DNA of 64,000 nt from Lama glama (Eukaryota): the NCBI GenBank assembly GCA_028534125.1, contig CM052818.1:26290001-26354000 (forward strand), in the 5' to 3' direction. Position 1 is the stretch's first letter. Each line of letters begins with the position of its first letter. A program made the translations under genes and the position numbers. Below, in pieces: positions 49,600 to 62,210 of the stretch. Below the pieces are notes generated by a model. The model was given only the letters and a program-made list of their open reading frames with translations. It was not told the DNA's origin and did not search any database.

Positions 49600-50352
49600 A
49601 AGCTTCACTCTCTGGGACCTCCATCCCTTCCATCTGCCCTTCCTTCCACCTCTCACCAACCGCCACCCCAGCCCTTCCCCTTCCCCTTCCCAGTCACACC
49701 ACCACTAATCCTCCAGGTCTCAGCTTAGTCATCCTCATCTATTAGGAGCCTCCTCAGACCCTTCAAGCCCAGATTTGGAGCCCCTCATAGATTTGCCTGC
49801 ACTAGACCTGGTATATCATCAGCTTTCACTGCACACAAACACAATCACAGAATCTCAGTGGAATACACTAAAAAAGCACTTATTTGTCACTCATTTTTAT
49901 GCAGGTTGGCTGGGACAGCCCTTGCTCCATGTCTCATTCTGAGGGGCAGTGGTTCACCAGGGCCTATTTTTCTCATGGTCATGCATAAACTCAAAAACTC
50001 AAGGCCAACCAAGCAAGCCCACTTCAAGCCTCTGTGTCCTATTGGCCAAAGCAAGGCACATGGCCAAGTCCAGAATCAAGGGCCAGGGATACGTATATTC
50101 CACTTATGAGGCCACAGAAAGGGTGAATATATAATCCTAATTCTACAGGGAAGTGAGGAATTGGAACCAACAATTCAACCTGCCCCGCCTATATTAATAG
50201 CACCTATTACAGTGTATTTTACCATTATCTGTGTGAAGTTCCCCTCTAGACTGTTACCTTCTTAAAATCAGAGACTATTTTTTTTTATCTTTGTATTTAT
50301 AATATGGTGTATAATAGGCACTTGAAAACATCTGAGTGGATGAATGAATGGA
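49600..50352 (+). mobile_element. L2 3' fragment split by an MLT1 LTR
   Basis: TCCAGGTCTCAGCTTAG...GGAGCCTCCTCAGACCC before the LTR; CTAGACTGTTACCTTCTT...GGATGAATGAATGG after it. Confidence 0.7.
49812..50187 (-). mobile_element. MaLR LTR (MLT1H/J-like) nested in L2
   Basis: AGAATCTCAGTGG...CACTTATTT...CCTATTGGCCAAAGCAAGGCACATGGCCAAGTCCAGAATCAAGGG. Confidence 0.75.
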
Positions 50353-51744
50353 GATAGGCAATACTACACCAGGCTCTTTCTCTAGTCCTTCATAATGCCC
50401 CTCCCGTGTGCCTACTGAATGCTCTTACTGTGGTCCCTAAAAGATCAGAATCAGTATGGATGAGATCTGGCTCCTGCTGGGGTGGACAGTGTGGGAAAAA
50501 GGACTCCCATCTTAAGTCACTCGACCTACTTTAGCCCGTGTCTTTGATCGCCACTGGCAGCCTCCCTAAAAGGAGTTCTCATTATGTCTACTTCAGTTGG
50601 GTCCCAAGGTCCCACAGAACTGTAGGCTGAAGTGGTGAGGCTCGAGAACATGTTTTTAAAAGTATTTCAGAATCCGATCTGCTGCTTGGCAATCTGATTT
50701 AGAGCAAACAGAGGAAATGGAACACATTTCTAAGCAAATACTTCCCTGATTACTTACACATGCAAATTCATGGACTAAGTTTAGATGTGCAATTAAGCAT
50801 CTAGTTATTTTTGAGTCGACACTTACAGGCCAAATCAGATGCCCAAAGGAGGCACATGGTTGGTTTATTTCTGTGCATTTGCTTGCGTCCTAAATTCTGG
50901 GCTCACAGGTCTCAGTGACCCAGTTGTGGGCTTAAAAGAACAAGGTGGTTGAAGGGCATGCCAAGTTTTGTGATTTTAAAGGATACAGCTGCTCAGAGTG
51001 TTGCTTCTCTGGGCAGAGAAATGAATGGTGCAGATCCCCGTTTACAAAATAGGAAGTAAGGGCAGAGTAGGCACCATCCTCAGTACAGCTGTCACTCTGG
51101 TAAAGAACAATCAGTGCTCAGCTAGCCAAAGCCATTATTGGTTTCCCATGTGGCCATCAGTTTTTTACATACTTTCATGATCCGTATGAAAATGTTAATG
51201 CCGTACAATTCTGTGCCAAATGACGTGCTCAGATGCCAGTGTGAACACATGCAAAACAGATGAGCAGTTTGGGAAGTCTGTATTCATTGTTACTTTGCAA
51301 GCAAATGGCATCAGCCCCTCACCTCCTAGTCACAGTGACCAGTGGTTCAACTTTCTTTTTGCCTCTTCTATAAAATCATCATTTGCTTAAGAGTTTCTTC
51401 ACAGAGCATCCACTTAATGCCACTTTCATTACAAGCAGGAATTTATGACTAGGGGCAAGGCTGGGGTCCAGCATGGGTCCCCCTGCAGGCACTGATTGGC
51501 CTACTTTGCCCTGATTTCCTGCAGCAACATTATGGAGAAAGATTTCCTTCAATAGACACTCAGAGAATGCCCTATGCTGTCTGCTCTGTTTCTACTCTCT
51601 CCCCGCCCCTTCTCCCACTTGTCTCCCTACTGTAAGCCTCCCATGGAGAATGGGTCTATTCCCTGTCCTCCGCTAACTAGAAAGAGAGTCTTCTGTTTTT
51701 AAGAGAGTGTGGAGCCCTTGATATATGTATGGGTAATTTTTAAA

Positions 51745-51960
51745 ATATCATTCAGTAAGAATGAACCACGTATCAGATACCGTGCTTACAAACATTAATA
51801 TATTTGCTCCTCAGGAACAACTCTAATGACTCTACAAGATAGATATTATTATGTCTGTTTCACAGATGAGGTGAAAAAACTTTTCCAGGTACCAATTAAA
51901 CAGAGGAGCTGGTATTCAAACTCAGGCCTATCTGAATGCAAATTCCAGGCTGTTAACCAA
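51745..51960 (-). mobile_element. MIR SINE
   Basis: TATTATTATGTCTGTTTCACAGATGAGG...GCTGGTATTCAAACTCAGGCCTATCTGA. Confidence 0.65.
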
Positions 51961-53739
51961 TTATTATGGGCTTCCTCTACTATCCCATGGACACCTAGAG
52001 AAGCCCTGCAAGACCCCAGTCCAATTCTGAATCAAAATAATACTCTTGTTAATAATGCCTTCCTTGCATGACATTTGATTTCTCCATTGTGAAATATCAC
52101 TGCATCTGAAAAAGCAATGTACTCAGTGTGGCCAGGATATTTTTCTGAGTGTACATTTCACTGAATATCCAAGACTAAGATTGCAGAACCCTGTTTACTT
52201 CCACTTTCCCCTAAGGTAAAAACAGTATGAAAGCATTGAAATCTTATGTTCTCTTGTCTACTGCATTTTAAAGAGGCAAAAGCAAATAGTGTGAGAGTCT
52301 CAGATTGTTACCTTCACATGGTACAGTGTGTGCAGCTCAAAAACATCAACTGGTGTCTTAAAAAAGCCTTTAGAGAGTTATTCCTAGTGAGTTGAGAATG
52401 ATATCACAAGCAGAAGAATAAATAATTTATAACTTTTCAAAACATGTCTTCGTTCAAACAAGAAGGTTCTGTGCTCAGTTTGCAACTGTTATCTCTTTGG
52501 ATCCCTCACGGCCTCATTATCTAACATAAGGATTCCTCGGGGTTCCCAAGGTGGTGGAACAGTGGGTAGGAGGGGCTGGCTGTATCCCATGGGTGCCCAA
52601 GGAGGATTTGCCAAGAAAGGGATGATGGAGGCTGCTCTTCCTAAAGCCTCCAGAGTTGCTGAGAGCCTGTATCCTATGCCTGCCAGGTAAAGAATACACA
52701 ATGTAACTCCAACACAACTGGAAAAGGAAGCTGAGAGATGGAGAGTTGGGGGCTAATGTCTAATCGAAATGGAAAAGAAGTGTTTGTGGCTAAAAGACGC
52801 CTTCAGACAACTTGGCAAGGATCACATTTCTCCCTTTTGTCAGAGTTCTGCTTTCTTTTTGTCTCCTAAATTCAGGAGTTTGGAACAGACCTGGGTGTTA
52901 CTGTTCTTGGAACTCCCAAGAAAGGCTCTAACTCCAAAGACCTTTCACAGTTCTCACATCCACAACTCTTCTTGTTGAAGAGAAGTGGCTGAAACACTTC
53001 TTGGGTGAGTAGCTATACAGCCTGGGGCTTTTTGCTGCCTCCAATAAATGGGAAGGCTGTACCCTGCCACATAAAGATAGGAGCAGCATGAGTATGATAC
53101 ACAGAGCTCTACTACTGAAAACAATGTAAAAAGTTAAATTAATTTCTGGAATGGACTGTAGTCCAAGTTGGCCATTGCACTGCTTCTGGGGTTTAAAAAA
53201 TTTTTTTCCTTTATCCTTGTTACTTTAAGCTTATCTTTTAAGCACAAATGTTCTGTGCTTCTAAATTTTATGTGTCCAAGAGTTGGTGACTACAATGTAA
53301 ATGAGATTAGCTTGAGACCCTCTGGGACAGTAAAATCAGGGATGCACCTATTGCCACTGCAGAACACCAAGGCTTCTTGGTCTCTTGGTTCCCTCACTTC
53401 ATGCTTTCAGAAAAATTGTTTGCTCTGGGACACTGTCTGCTTCTCATCAACAACATTTTCATCATGGGCATTACAAGCTGATAAAAGGAAGTGCTCAGGC
53501 TTGCCTCTTCCCCTGGCACTCACTGGAATTTCTATTCACACCAAGGTGCTGGTGAAAAGCATCTCCGGAGAGTCCAAAGGGAGGATCGGCATGACCATCA
53601 TCATGCTTATTTCTTAATCATATTCCTCTCTCATTAATTTCTAGCTTTTTCAGGAATATGCGTGAGAAGAAGGACACTGGGAAGAAAAAGACTTCTGTGG
53701 AATATTATTTCTCACTTATTTTCATTCTGAAAAATAAAA

Positions 53740-54028
53740 TCCTGAACACTTTCCAGGCCTCATCTCATATTCTACTTGCATCATGAAGTCCTCACTAATA
53801 TTTAAGTCAGAATTTATCTCTTTCTTCCCAGGGCTTCCCCAGCCTTTTGAGGGTATGTCACTCACAGCATTCATCACATTGGGTCTGATCTTTTAGTTTT
53901 TGAATTACAAATCTGTTTCTCTCAGACTGTAAACTCCTGGTTGGCAATAGATCCTGTTTGACTCTATGTATTGTGCATCTAGCGTGATGCCTTACCTGTA
54001 ATAGGCTTTCAAGATGTTTGCTGAAGTA
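53740..54028 (+). mobile_element. L2 3' fragment
   Basis: CAGACTGTAAACTCCTGG...CATCTAGCGTGATGCCTTACCTGTAATAGGCTTTCAAGATGTTTGCTGAA. Confidence 0.7.
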
Positions 54029-54060
54029 TCATATCTCAGAGATGCTCAAGTGCACTATTT

Positions 54061-54235
54061 CAGTGCTTCTGAAACTTTATCATGCATCAGAATCACTTTG
54101 GACGGCTTGTTAAACCCATCTTGTATGGGTCCCACCCCCAGAGGTCTGTGGTGAAGCTGGGAAACTTGCAGTCTCAACAAGTTCCCAGGTGATGCTAGAG
54201 ATTTGGGTCCAGAGACCACTCTTTGGAGAGTGCTG
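54061..54235. mobile_element. MER5A hAT-Charlie MITE with a residual 8-bp TSD
   Basis: CAGTGCTTCTGAAACTTT...CATCAGAATCAC...AACAAGTTCCCAGGTGATGCT...GTGCTG; flanks CACTATTT/AACTACTT match at 6 of 8. Confidence 0.85.
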
Positions 54236-54240
54236 AACTA

Positions 54241-54388
54241 CTTTTTTCACATTTCAGTATCTCTGATATCAGCCTATGCCTTAAATTTGTTGACATGTCA
54301 GTTTAATTGACAATTTTTTTATCCCATAGCAGTTATAAAATAATGGTTTTACAATCGACAGTATCTTACATTAAATGAAATCTAAGTA
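54241..54388. mobile_element. MER104-like TcMar-Tc2 MITE
   Basis: TTTTTCACATTTCAGTATCTCTGA...GTTTAATTGACA...TAAAATAATGGT...TTACAATCGACAGTATCTTACATTAAATGAAAT. Confidence 0.7.
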
Positions 54389-54654
54389 AGATTCCTGTTT
54401 ACAGATTTGAATCTGCATTATAAACCATAGCAATGAAATGTCTACAAAATGTAACTCTACTAGTTCTAGAGAATACATACGTAAGATTGCAGTGCTTAAT
54501 CTTTATAATGGCAACAGAATAAGTCATTTTTAGGGCCTCATATGAGATTCATAGAATAACAAATTAGCTCAATCTGGCCAGGGATATCAAGAAATGAGAA
54601 GCAGGCATTTCCACATTCATTTTTGGTGACTGCTAAATCTCCTTCTCTAGGGTA

Positions 54655-54750
54655 AAACTTCCATGAGGTCAGAGTTTATATCTGGTTTTGCTCATCATTG
54701 TAGTCCTAGCTCTAGAAAACTTCCTGACACAGTGCTCAATAAATACTTTT
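54655..54750 (+). mobile_element. L2 3' terminus
   Basis: CCATGAGGTCAGAG...GCTCTAGAAAACTTCCTGACACAGTGCTCAATAAATAC. Confidence 0.7.
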
Positions 54751-55929
54751 ATTTTAAAAAAGCCAGAGTTTCTTACTTGCTGTAAATAAGATGAATTACG
54801 AGACATATCATGATTTACTGGTAGAATACTCACCAACAAATGCCAGTGCTTCTGACCAATTCTCTTCTGTGCAACCAAACAACAACAAAATAAATTATGA
54901 GCATTAACAACCAAGAAACCCATTAGATTGAAAATCTTCCAGGTAAGCAAGTATCCCAGGGTTACGGACCCAGACTCATTGTCCCAGCTGCCCTTCTTGC
55001 AGGAGTGGACCAGGTTTGCCATCTTTAGGAAATGCTGTTTGCTGGGAAGTGGTGGGAGCAGAGGGGGCAGAATGCCTTCTTTTATCAAAAAGAAGGCTCA
55101 AGCCTCGTCTGATCACTATTCCCATAATCTTACTGGATTTGGGCCTAAAGGAACTTTGGTATTTAAGGTATGAGTCAACAAGTATCACCATTTTATCCCT
55201 TTCCTAAGTTCAGAACCAGCTGAGAAATAGATGTAAGAGTCAAATAGGAAATACCAAAACAGCAGCATCCCCAGTGATAATGCTGTCTGGAAGATGCAAT
55301 TTAGGCACAAAACATGAGCTTGGTAAATGAGCCACTTTCTTGAATCAAGCAGGCTTACCCACTGTCAACAGCTACTGGGTCACAGGCAGCCCTGGACAAC
55401 TGCCATCTCCACACATGGGCTACAGCCTGCCCTAACCTGCTTACTCTGTGGCCCAAAAAGCAAACAGCAGACTTTTTGCAGGAAGGCAGCTCTGAAACAA
55501 AAGAACACAGAAGCTGCAGTTTCATATGTGTCTCAATTCTTCTGTGCTCCAAATTGTAGGAGAGGAAAGGTTGTTTCTCTACCAGAGACTCTCCAGCATG
55601 GAAACACAAGGTGTAGGCAAGAAGTATTCTCCCCTAATGGAAATTATCTCTTCATACAGGTGCCTTAGAACTATACAACTGGCTGGTAGTGCCCAAATAA
55701 TATTACCTTATTTCTGCAAAGCATTGTAAAAGCTGTTCAATTTTTAAATTATTCCAATAAATATTTCTTGAGTGTCTACTACTACAAGGCACGGTAGTCT
55801 TTCTTAGCATAGCCTGTGAGGTTATCCCAAAAGATGAGCCTATAGTCAAATCTTGAAAACCATCATCCAGCATCATGACAAGTTCTCCATTAACATTCAC
55901 AGGGGGTGCTGTGATGGTGGACTGCATGC

Positions 55930-56620
55930 TGGGGGGGGGGACTTGAGGGGCTGCTGACACTGTCAGATCTGACGTAAGGGTGGGACAGCATAAAAGAAAA
56001 GGAAGAAGAAGAAGGGGGAGGGGGAGGAGAGGAAGAAAAGCTAATGAGAAAAAGAGGAAACCAAACAGACCAGGAAAGAAAACATCAGTAATTCCTGGCA
56101 GAACCTCAGCTCTCTTTGTGACTTGCAGTCTGTGACTCGCAGCCTGTGACGCTGAGATCAGCCTTTATTCAGGCTACTGCCATTTGCCCTACAATTACCT
56201 TGTTATAAGGGATCGCCAGTCCAGAGGAGGATTGGCTTTCCTGGTTTTGGTATTTGTCACTGAGGGAGGACTTTGGTTGTTGGTTTGAAAGGCGCAATCA
56301 AAGGCAAGATATGCGCCCCCCTCTCCCTGGCTCCCTTGCCACTGCTTTGCCACCCCTGCAGCTTGGTGTCTGTTTGTAGTCTGCAGGCTCCTCTCGCTCA
56401 GCAGTGGGCTTTTCAAGCTTTGCCCACAGCTTGAAGATTACACACACCTCTGCAGAGGACCCTGTGGTGACTGTGGTTCTGGAGTGAGTTGTAATCTTCT
56501 CTGTTGGAGGCAGCTCTATTATTAAAGTATCTACCACAGGGGAAGTTGCACTGCTTTGTAACAGGAAATGGGGGAACATTTGGGCAGAGGAGGTATAAAA
56601 GTCTAATGAGCACCACACCC
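55930..56620. promoter_or_regulatory. candidate promoter or enhancer (motif cluster)
   Basis: G10 run, overlapping palindromes at 55954-55973, CRE-like TGACGTAA at 55970, CATAAAA at 55989, three TGTGAC repeats, ATCAAAG at 56297, TATAAAA at 56594; no recognised repeats. Confidence 0.35.
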
Positions 56621-57879
56621 TGACAGAGAAAAGCCTTGTTAAAGGAACTTTTTGTAAGGGCTTTACTGTTCATGTGGTTTTCCATCTCTGGGCAAGACAC
56701 TGCTGCCGACAAAGGTTGTGCCAGGGCATCCTAAACCCAAACAGCTCTGTACATCATGACATGGAAGGACCTTGAAGTTGGGAATTTATGACAGTAATAG
56801 AAGGGGATAGTAGAAAATTCTTCAGCTTACACTGTGGAATGAGAACTATATATTAAGTAGTTAAAGCCAGGCATGACTTTTCAGAGCAAACTGTAAGTCA
56901 TCAGTGGGTTCCTGGTATGTACCTCCAATTTCCTATCACTAAGATTGGTGATTTACAAAGGATTGTCTCCATGTTGGCCTCTTCTTGGGATATGTAAGTC
57001 CCACTCTCCCTCTTCTGAATCTCCCACAAATTTCTTTTCTCACATCAGTCTGATAAACTTTGCACCAGGGCCTTCATTACTATCTATAAAAAATTCTAAT
57101 CTCAGCTTTTGGGCTGAGAATTGAGCTTTAGTCAAAGTTCACGGTATTGTTCAATCACAATGATGAGGAATTTTTATGCCTTCTCATATGCCCTGATAAA
57201 TGCTTCTCTGATTTAGGGGGTGCAAAGGGCCGGCTTCCCATTTAGTGTATGTAGTCTGTCCTACAGCTTTCTCTCTTTGTCTGACTGAGTACTCCCCATT
57301 CCAGTCTGCTGCCTCTGGGCTCTGCTCTGATTTGATGAGAAGGATATCTTCCAGATGATGTCAAGACTGAGAAAATTTCCTCCATAGTGTAGGAACAAGA
57401 ACAGCAGTACACTGCCTGGTACATGAGTAGATATCCTTCCTGGCCATAGGTACTCAGCAGGGCACTGGTAATTATTTTCTGTCCTCTGATCTGTGGACTA
57501 TATGAACTTAAGACAAAATATGAAAGAAACAACTAAAGCATTTGAGTTGATTATTTGAAACTGTTAATAGAAATTATTAGAAATTACAGCTGACTGCAGG
57601 GACTGAGCATGGGAGTGGAGCTTTAGAGAAAGTTCAGAGAAGCAGCCAAGGACAACTTCAGCTGTTAAAAAGTATGAGCCTGTCACTCCAGGTGGCTGGG
57701 ATGTACTCCCAGTGTCCTATTTTAGAGGTGGGTTAGGCTTTAGGATGGAAAGATGCTGAAGGAAAACATTGGAAGTAAAGTAGATGGGAGGAAGGAAAGT
57801 ATCCAACTTTGAGGGCAGATGTGTATCACAAAATGTTGCAATTATTGCTGGAGTGTGGAAAACAGTGTAATATCTCTGA

Positions 57880-60800
57880 AAATGTCAACTTGCAAATCCA
57901 AAAGTTCTGTGAAACCCAAGTAGGATAAATGCAGTGATAACCAAACCTTGGCATAACATAGTCCCATTGCTGAAAACCAAAGAGAAAGAGCAAATGTTAA
58001 AAGTAGCCAGAGTTAAAGGACATGTTACATTTATACTGTACAAAATGATACAAATGAAGGATGACTTCTCTGAGAAACAATGGTGGCTAGAGGAATATAG
58101 AACTGCAATTTTAAAATGTTGAAAGGACAAAACAAGAATTCTATTAAAATATCCTTCAGAATTAAGGTAAAATAAAAGACATTTTCAGAAAGACAAAAAC
58201 TGAGAGGATTCATCTCTAGCAAATCTACATTACAAAAAATAATTTAAAAGAATAAAAAAGAACACAGAACAACAGACAGGATAAATACCTGGGTAAATAC
58301 AAAAGAATCTTTTCCTTTTTTAATAGACCGATAGATGTAGATAGAGATAGATAGACAGACAGACAGACAGAAAACAGATATGTAGATACAGGTGTATATA
58401 GTCATACATACAGATACATATACATAATACTTAAAACATTATTAATTGAAGCAAAACAACAATGTATGAGGAGTTTATAGCATATGTAGAAGTAAAATAT
58501 AAGAAAACAACATTACAAAGGGTGAGAGTCATGTCTCACCAAAGGACATACAGTGTGTGATTCCATTTATATAAAATATCCAGAACAGTCAAATTGACAG
58601 AGACTACTAGAGAGTATATTAGTGGTTGCCAAGGACTGGGGAGGGAAAGGGGGTAACTGCTAATGGGGACAGGGCTTCCTTCTGGGATGGGAAATGTTCT
58701 GAAATTATATAGAGATGATAGTGGCACGATTAAACAATTTAGATGAAATAGAAAGTAATTTGAAAAACACAACTTACCAAAATAGATACCAGAATATATA
58801 ACTAACTATTCCTATATCAATCCAAATAACTGAATTCATTTTCAAAAAAATTTTTACAAAGAAAACTTGAGACCCAGGTGATTCTACTGATTAAATCTAT
58901 CATGATTTAAGGAAGAAATAATACCAATTCAATATAAGCTCTTTTAAATACAGAGAAAGAGGGAATAATTCCCAACTCATTTTACAAAGCAAGTATAATC
59001 TCAGCACCAAATACTGACAAAGACACAGTAAAAGAAAACTACAACAATATTCCTCCTGAGATAGATTAAAAATTCTTAGCAAAATATTAGAAAAATTATC
59101 CAGTTATACATTTCAAAGTAAAATACATCATGACTAAATGAGGTTTTCAAGATTGCTATAACATTAGAAAATTATTCAATGAAATTAAAGAATAAAGGGA
59201 AAAAAGTATGTGATCATCTCAGTATATACATAAAAGTTTTTGACAAAAGTCAACACCCATTCATGATAAAAACTGTGAGAAAATTAGGAATAGAAGGAAT
59301 TTTCTTAAACTGCTAACAGGAATCTCTAAAAATCTATACCCAATATAATACTTGATATTTCCTCCTAAGATCAGAAACAAGTCAAAAATGTCCACTCTCA
59401 CCATTTTACTAGAGGTTCTAGCCAATGTAATAAAGCAACAAAAGAAATTAAAAGTATACAGATAGAAGGCATAAAGGAAGAAGTAAAACTGTCATTCTTT
59501 GCAGATGACATGATTATGTAGAAAATGCTATGGGATATAGGAACAACTAATGAGTGACTTCAGCAGGATAAATACACAAAAATCAATTCTATTTCTATAT
59601 ACTAGCAATAAACAATTAGAAAACAAAAATTTTTAAATGCCATTTACAAAAGTATGAAAAATATCAATACTTAGAAAAAATCTAATAAAAGATATACAAA
59701 TCCTATACAATAAAAACTATAAAACATCATTATGATAAATTTAAGAAGACCAACCAAAATAGAGAGACATAGTATGTTTATGAATTGGAAGACTCAATGT
59801 TTTTAAGACATCCATTCCCCCCAGATATATTTATGGATTTAATATGATCCTCATCAAAATTCCAGCAGGCTTTTTTAGAGAAATTGACAAGATGAGTCTA
59901 AAGCTTATGTGGAAATGCCAAAATAATTTTTAAAAAGAGTAAAGTTGGAAGATTTATAATACCTGGTTCCAAAACTGAAAATAATGCTACAGGAATTAAG
60001 ACACTGTGGTGTTAAAATGCAGATAGGCAAATATCAAATAGAACAGAATCCAGAAATAGATCCACACACATAGAGTCAACTGATTTTTGACTAAAGCGAC
60101 AACTTAATAAATAAAGGAAGATGTTAAAAAATGGTGCTGGAACAACTGGATAACCATGTGAAAAACAAAAATAAATTTGACTTCTATCTCACCCCATACA
60201 ATAAGATCAGTCTGAGATGGATCACAGAGCAAAATATAACCTAAAACAACAAAGCTTCTAATAGAAAACATGAAATAATATCTTTGCAGTTTTGGAGTAG
60301 GCAAAAAATACTTGCACACAAAAAGCATTAACTATTAAAAATGATAATTGGCTTTCACCAAAATAAAAAATGTTGTGTATCAAAACACGCCACTAAGAAA
60401 ATAAATAGGAAGGTCAGTACATATATTTTACAAAGGCTTTTATCCTGTATATATAAAGAACTCCTCCAAATCAATAACAAGACAAACAATCTAATTTTTT
60501 AAGATGGGCAAAAGATTGGAGCATCCATTTTGCAAAAAAAAGATACTAAAGTATGACCAACAAGCACATGAAATGTTTTAAACGGCACTAATCATCATGA
60601 TATGCAAAATTCAATCACAATGAGGTATCATTTTACACTCATTAAAAGGTCTAAAATTTAAAGTATGACAATACCAAAAGTTGATGGGGATGTGGAAAAA
60701 CTGGAACTCTCAAACACTGCTAGTAGGAATGGAAAACAGTACAATCACTTAGGAGAATCGTTTGTCAGTTTCTTAAAAAATTAACTTTTGCATCTGTCTT

Positions 60801-61270
60801 AATTCCACATGCAATATTTCTCAAAAGAAATGAAAACATATTCACAAAGAGATTTGTACAAGAATATTTAGAGGAGCCTGATTTATAATAGCCCCAAAAT
60901 AGAAATAGACCAAATGTTCATCAACAGGAAAATAAATAAACACAGTGATATATTCATAAATTACAATAATAATAATCAGAAATAAAAGGAAAAAAGTACT
61001 TATGATGGAAAAACATGGATGAATCTTAAGACTTCCAGTTATGCTAAGGGAAAAAAGCTAACCAAAAAGGTATATGCTATATGATTCTATTTGTATGAAG
61101 TCTAAAAATTGGCAAAATTCATCTATGGTGAAAAAATACATGAATGGCAGTTATATCTTGTTTGGTGCATTCAATCATCATCATGTATTTAATTTTCAAA
61201 ATCACTGAACAAAATATTTAATGCTTTTTGATGGATTATATGTAAATTATACCTCAATTTAAAAAAAAAC
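57880..61270 (+). mobile_element. old L1 (L1MC/L1ME-type) remnant: ORF1 end, ORF2 and 3' end, with a separate L1MB-like 3' UTR piece at ~58535-58730
   Basis: ORF 57934-58122 (HNIVPLLKTKEKEQMLKVARVKGHVTF) resembles L1 ORF1p; RT motif region TTTGCAGATGACATGATT (FADDMI) at ~59499; ends TATACCTCAATTTAAAAAAAAA. Confidence 0.9.
58330..58430. repeat. degenerate (GATA/GACA)n tetranucleotide repeat
   Basis: ATAGATGTAGATAGAGATAGATAGACAGACAGACAGACAG. Confidence 0.8.
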
Positions 61271-62210
61271 TACATCTGGTAGGTATCAACTACATAAATA
61301 GCTACATAGGGTGAAGTTCATTCATCCAACAAACATTATCAGTGCTAACCTCTGGGAATATCAGGCTTTATTAGACACCGTTCCAGCACTGAAGAATGCA
61401 TGGATTTGGGAGAGGGGAATATAGCCACTGACTGTATATGGAAGCACAGAGGAGTGAGCAAGATATTACAGAATAGGATAATGGCCTCTTGTCTGACCAT
61501 GGTGACTGAATCACTGCTTGAGAGGGTGAGATGTTGCCTTTTATTTTTAGCCTTTAGGACTTGGGCTGATATTTTAGCAAGTGTAAGGATTTCAAATAAC
61601 AGTTCCCTAAAACTTAGGAACAAACTCCTTTTCGTAGTGGGAAAATAGAGAGACTTTCCATCTCGAGGATAAACAGAAAAGGGCTCTATACTTCCTGAGC
61701 AGTAGGTTTAGAGGGAAGCAGGTCTCTCGAGCCAGGGTCCCTATGCCACGCTGCAGAGCAGCCCACAAAACACCCTAGAGGATGTGGCTTGCTGGCCACA
61801 CCCCTTGGGTCATGACAGCCCTGCCAAAGAATGTAGGGCCCCAACAAAGAATGTTCTGAAAGCCATTTAAGAGCCTTCCAGGAAAACCACAGCCAGCAAT
61901 CCACCACTTGCAATGTGTGTGGGTGGGCCCCAGCCTCTCCCTCTCTTCCTTGGCATCCCTGAGCCCCCACCAAATCCCGTGTCTGCTCAAAGGAGGTGCA
62001 GGGCCAGGTATAGTTTGTTTGCTGGTGATGTAGACAAGGCACCTGACTGAAAGGCTCTAAGGACAGCCCTGGGGAGCCTGCCTCTGAGTGCCTTCAGGTC
62101 ATCCTTCAAAGCTCCAGCTCCTGAAGCACTGGGGTTGTGACTCTCCACAGACAGACCAGCTGGAGAAGTGGCTGTGGGGGAAGTTACAACATGTCATGTC
62201 CAACCACAGC

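Noticed and set aside
54930..54948. TTCCAG|GTAAGC as a recursive splice site
   Set aside because: The upstream polypyrimidine tract is too poor.
55703..55960. 85-aa minus-strand ORF as a conserved protein-coding exon
   Set aside because: I recognise no homology, and ~55745-55797 is an L2 3' tail (CAATAAATATTTCTTGAGTGTCTACTA). It is kept only as part of a speculative transcript.
56311..56379. ATG after the promoter-like block (MRPPLPGSLATALPPLQLGVCL)
   Set aside because: It stops after 22 codons with no clear donor and has no known match.
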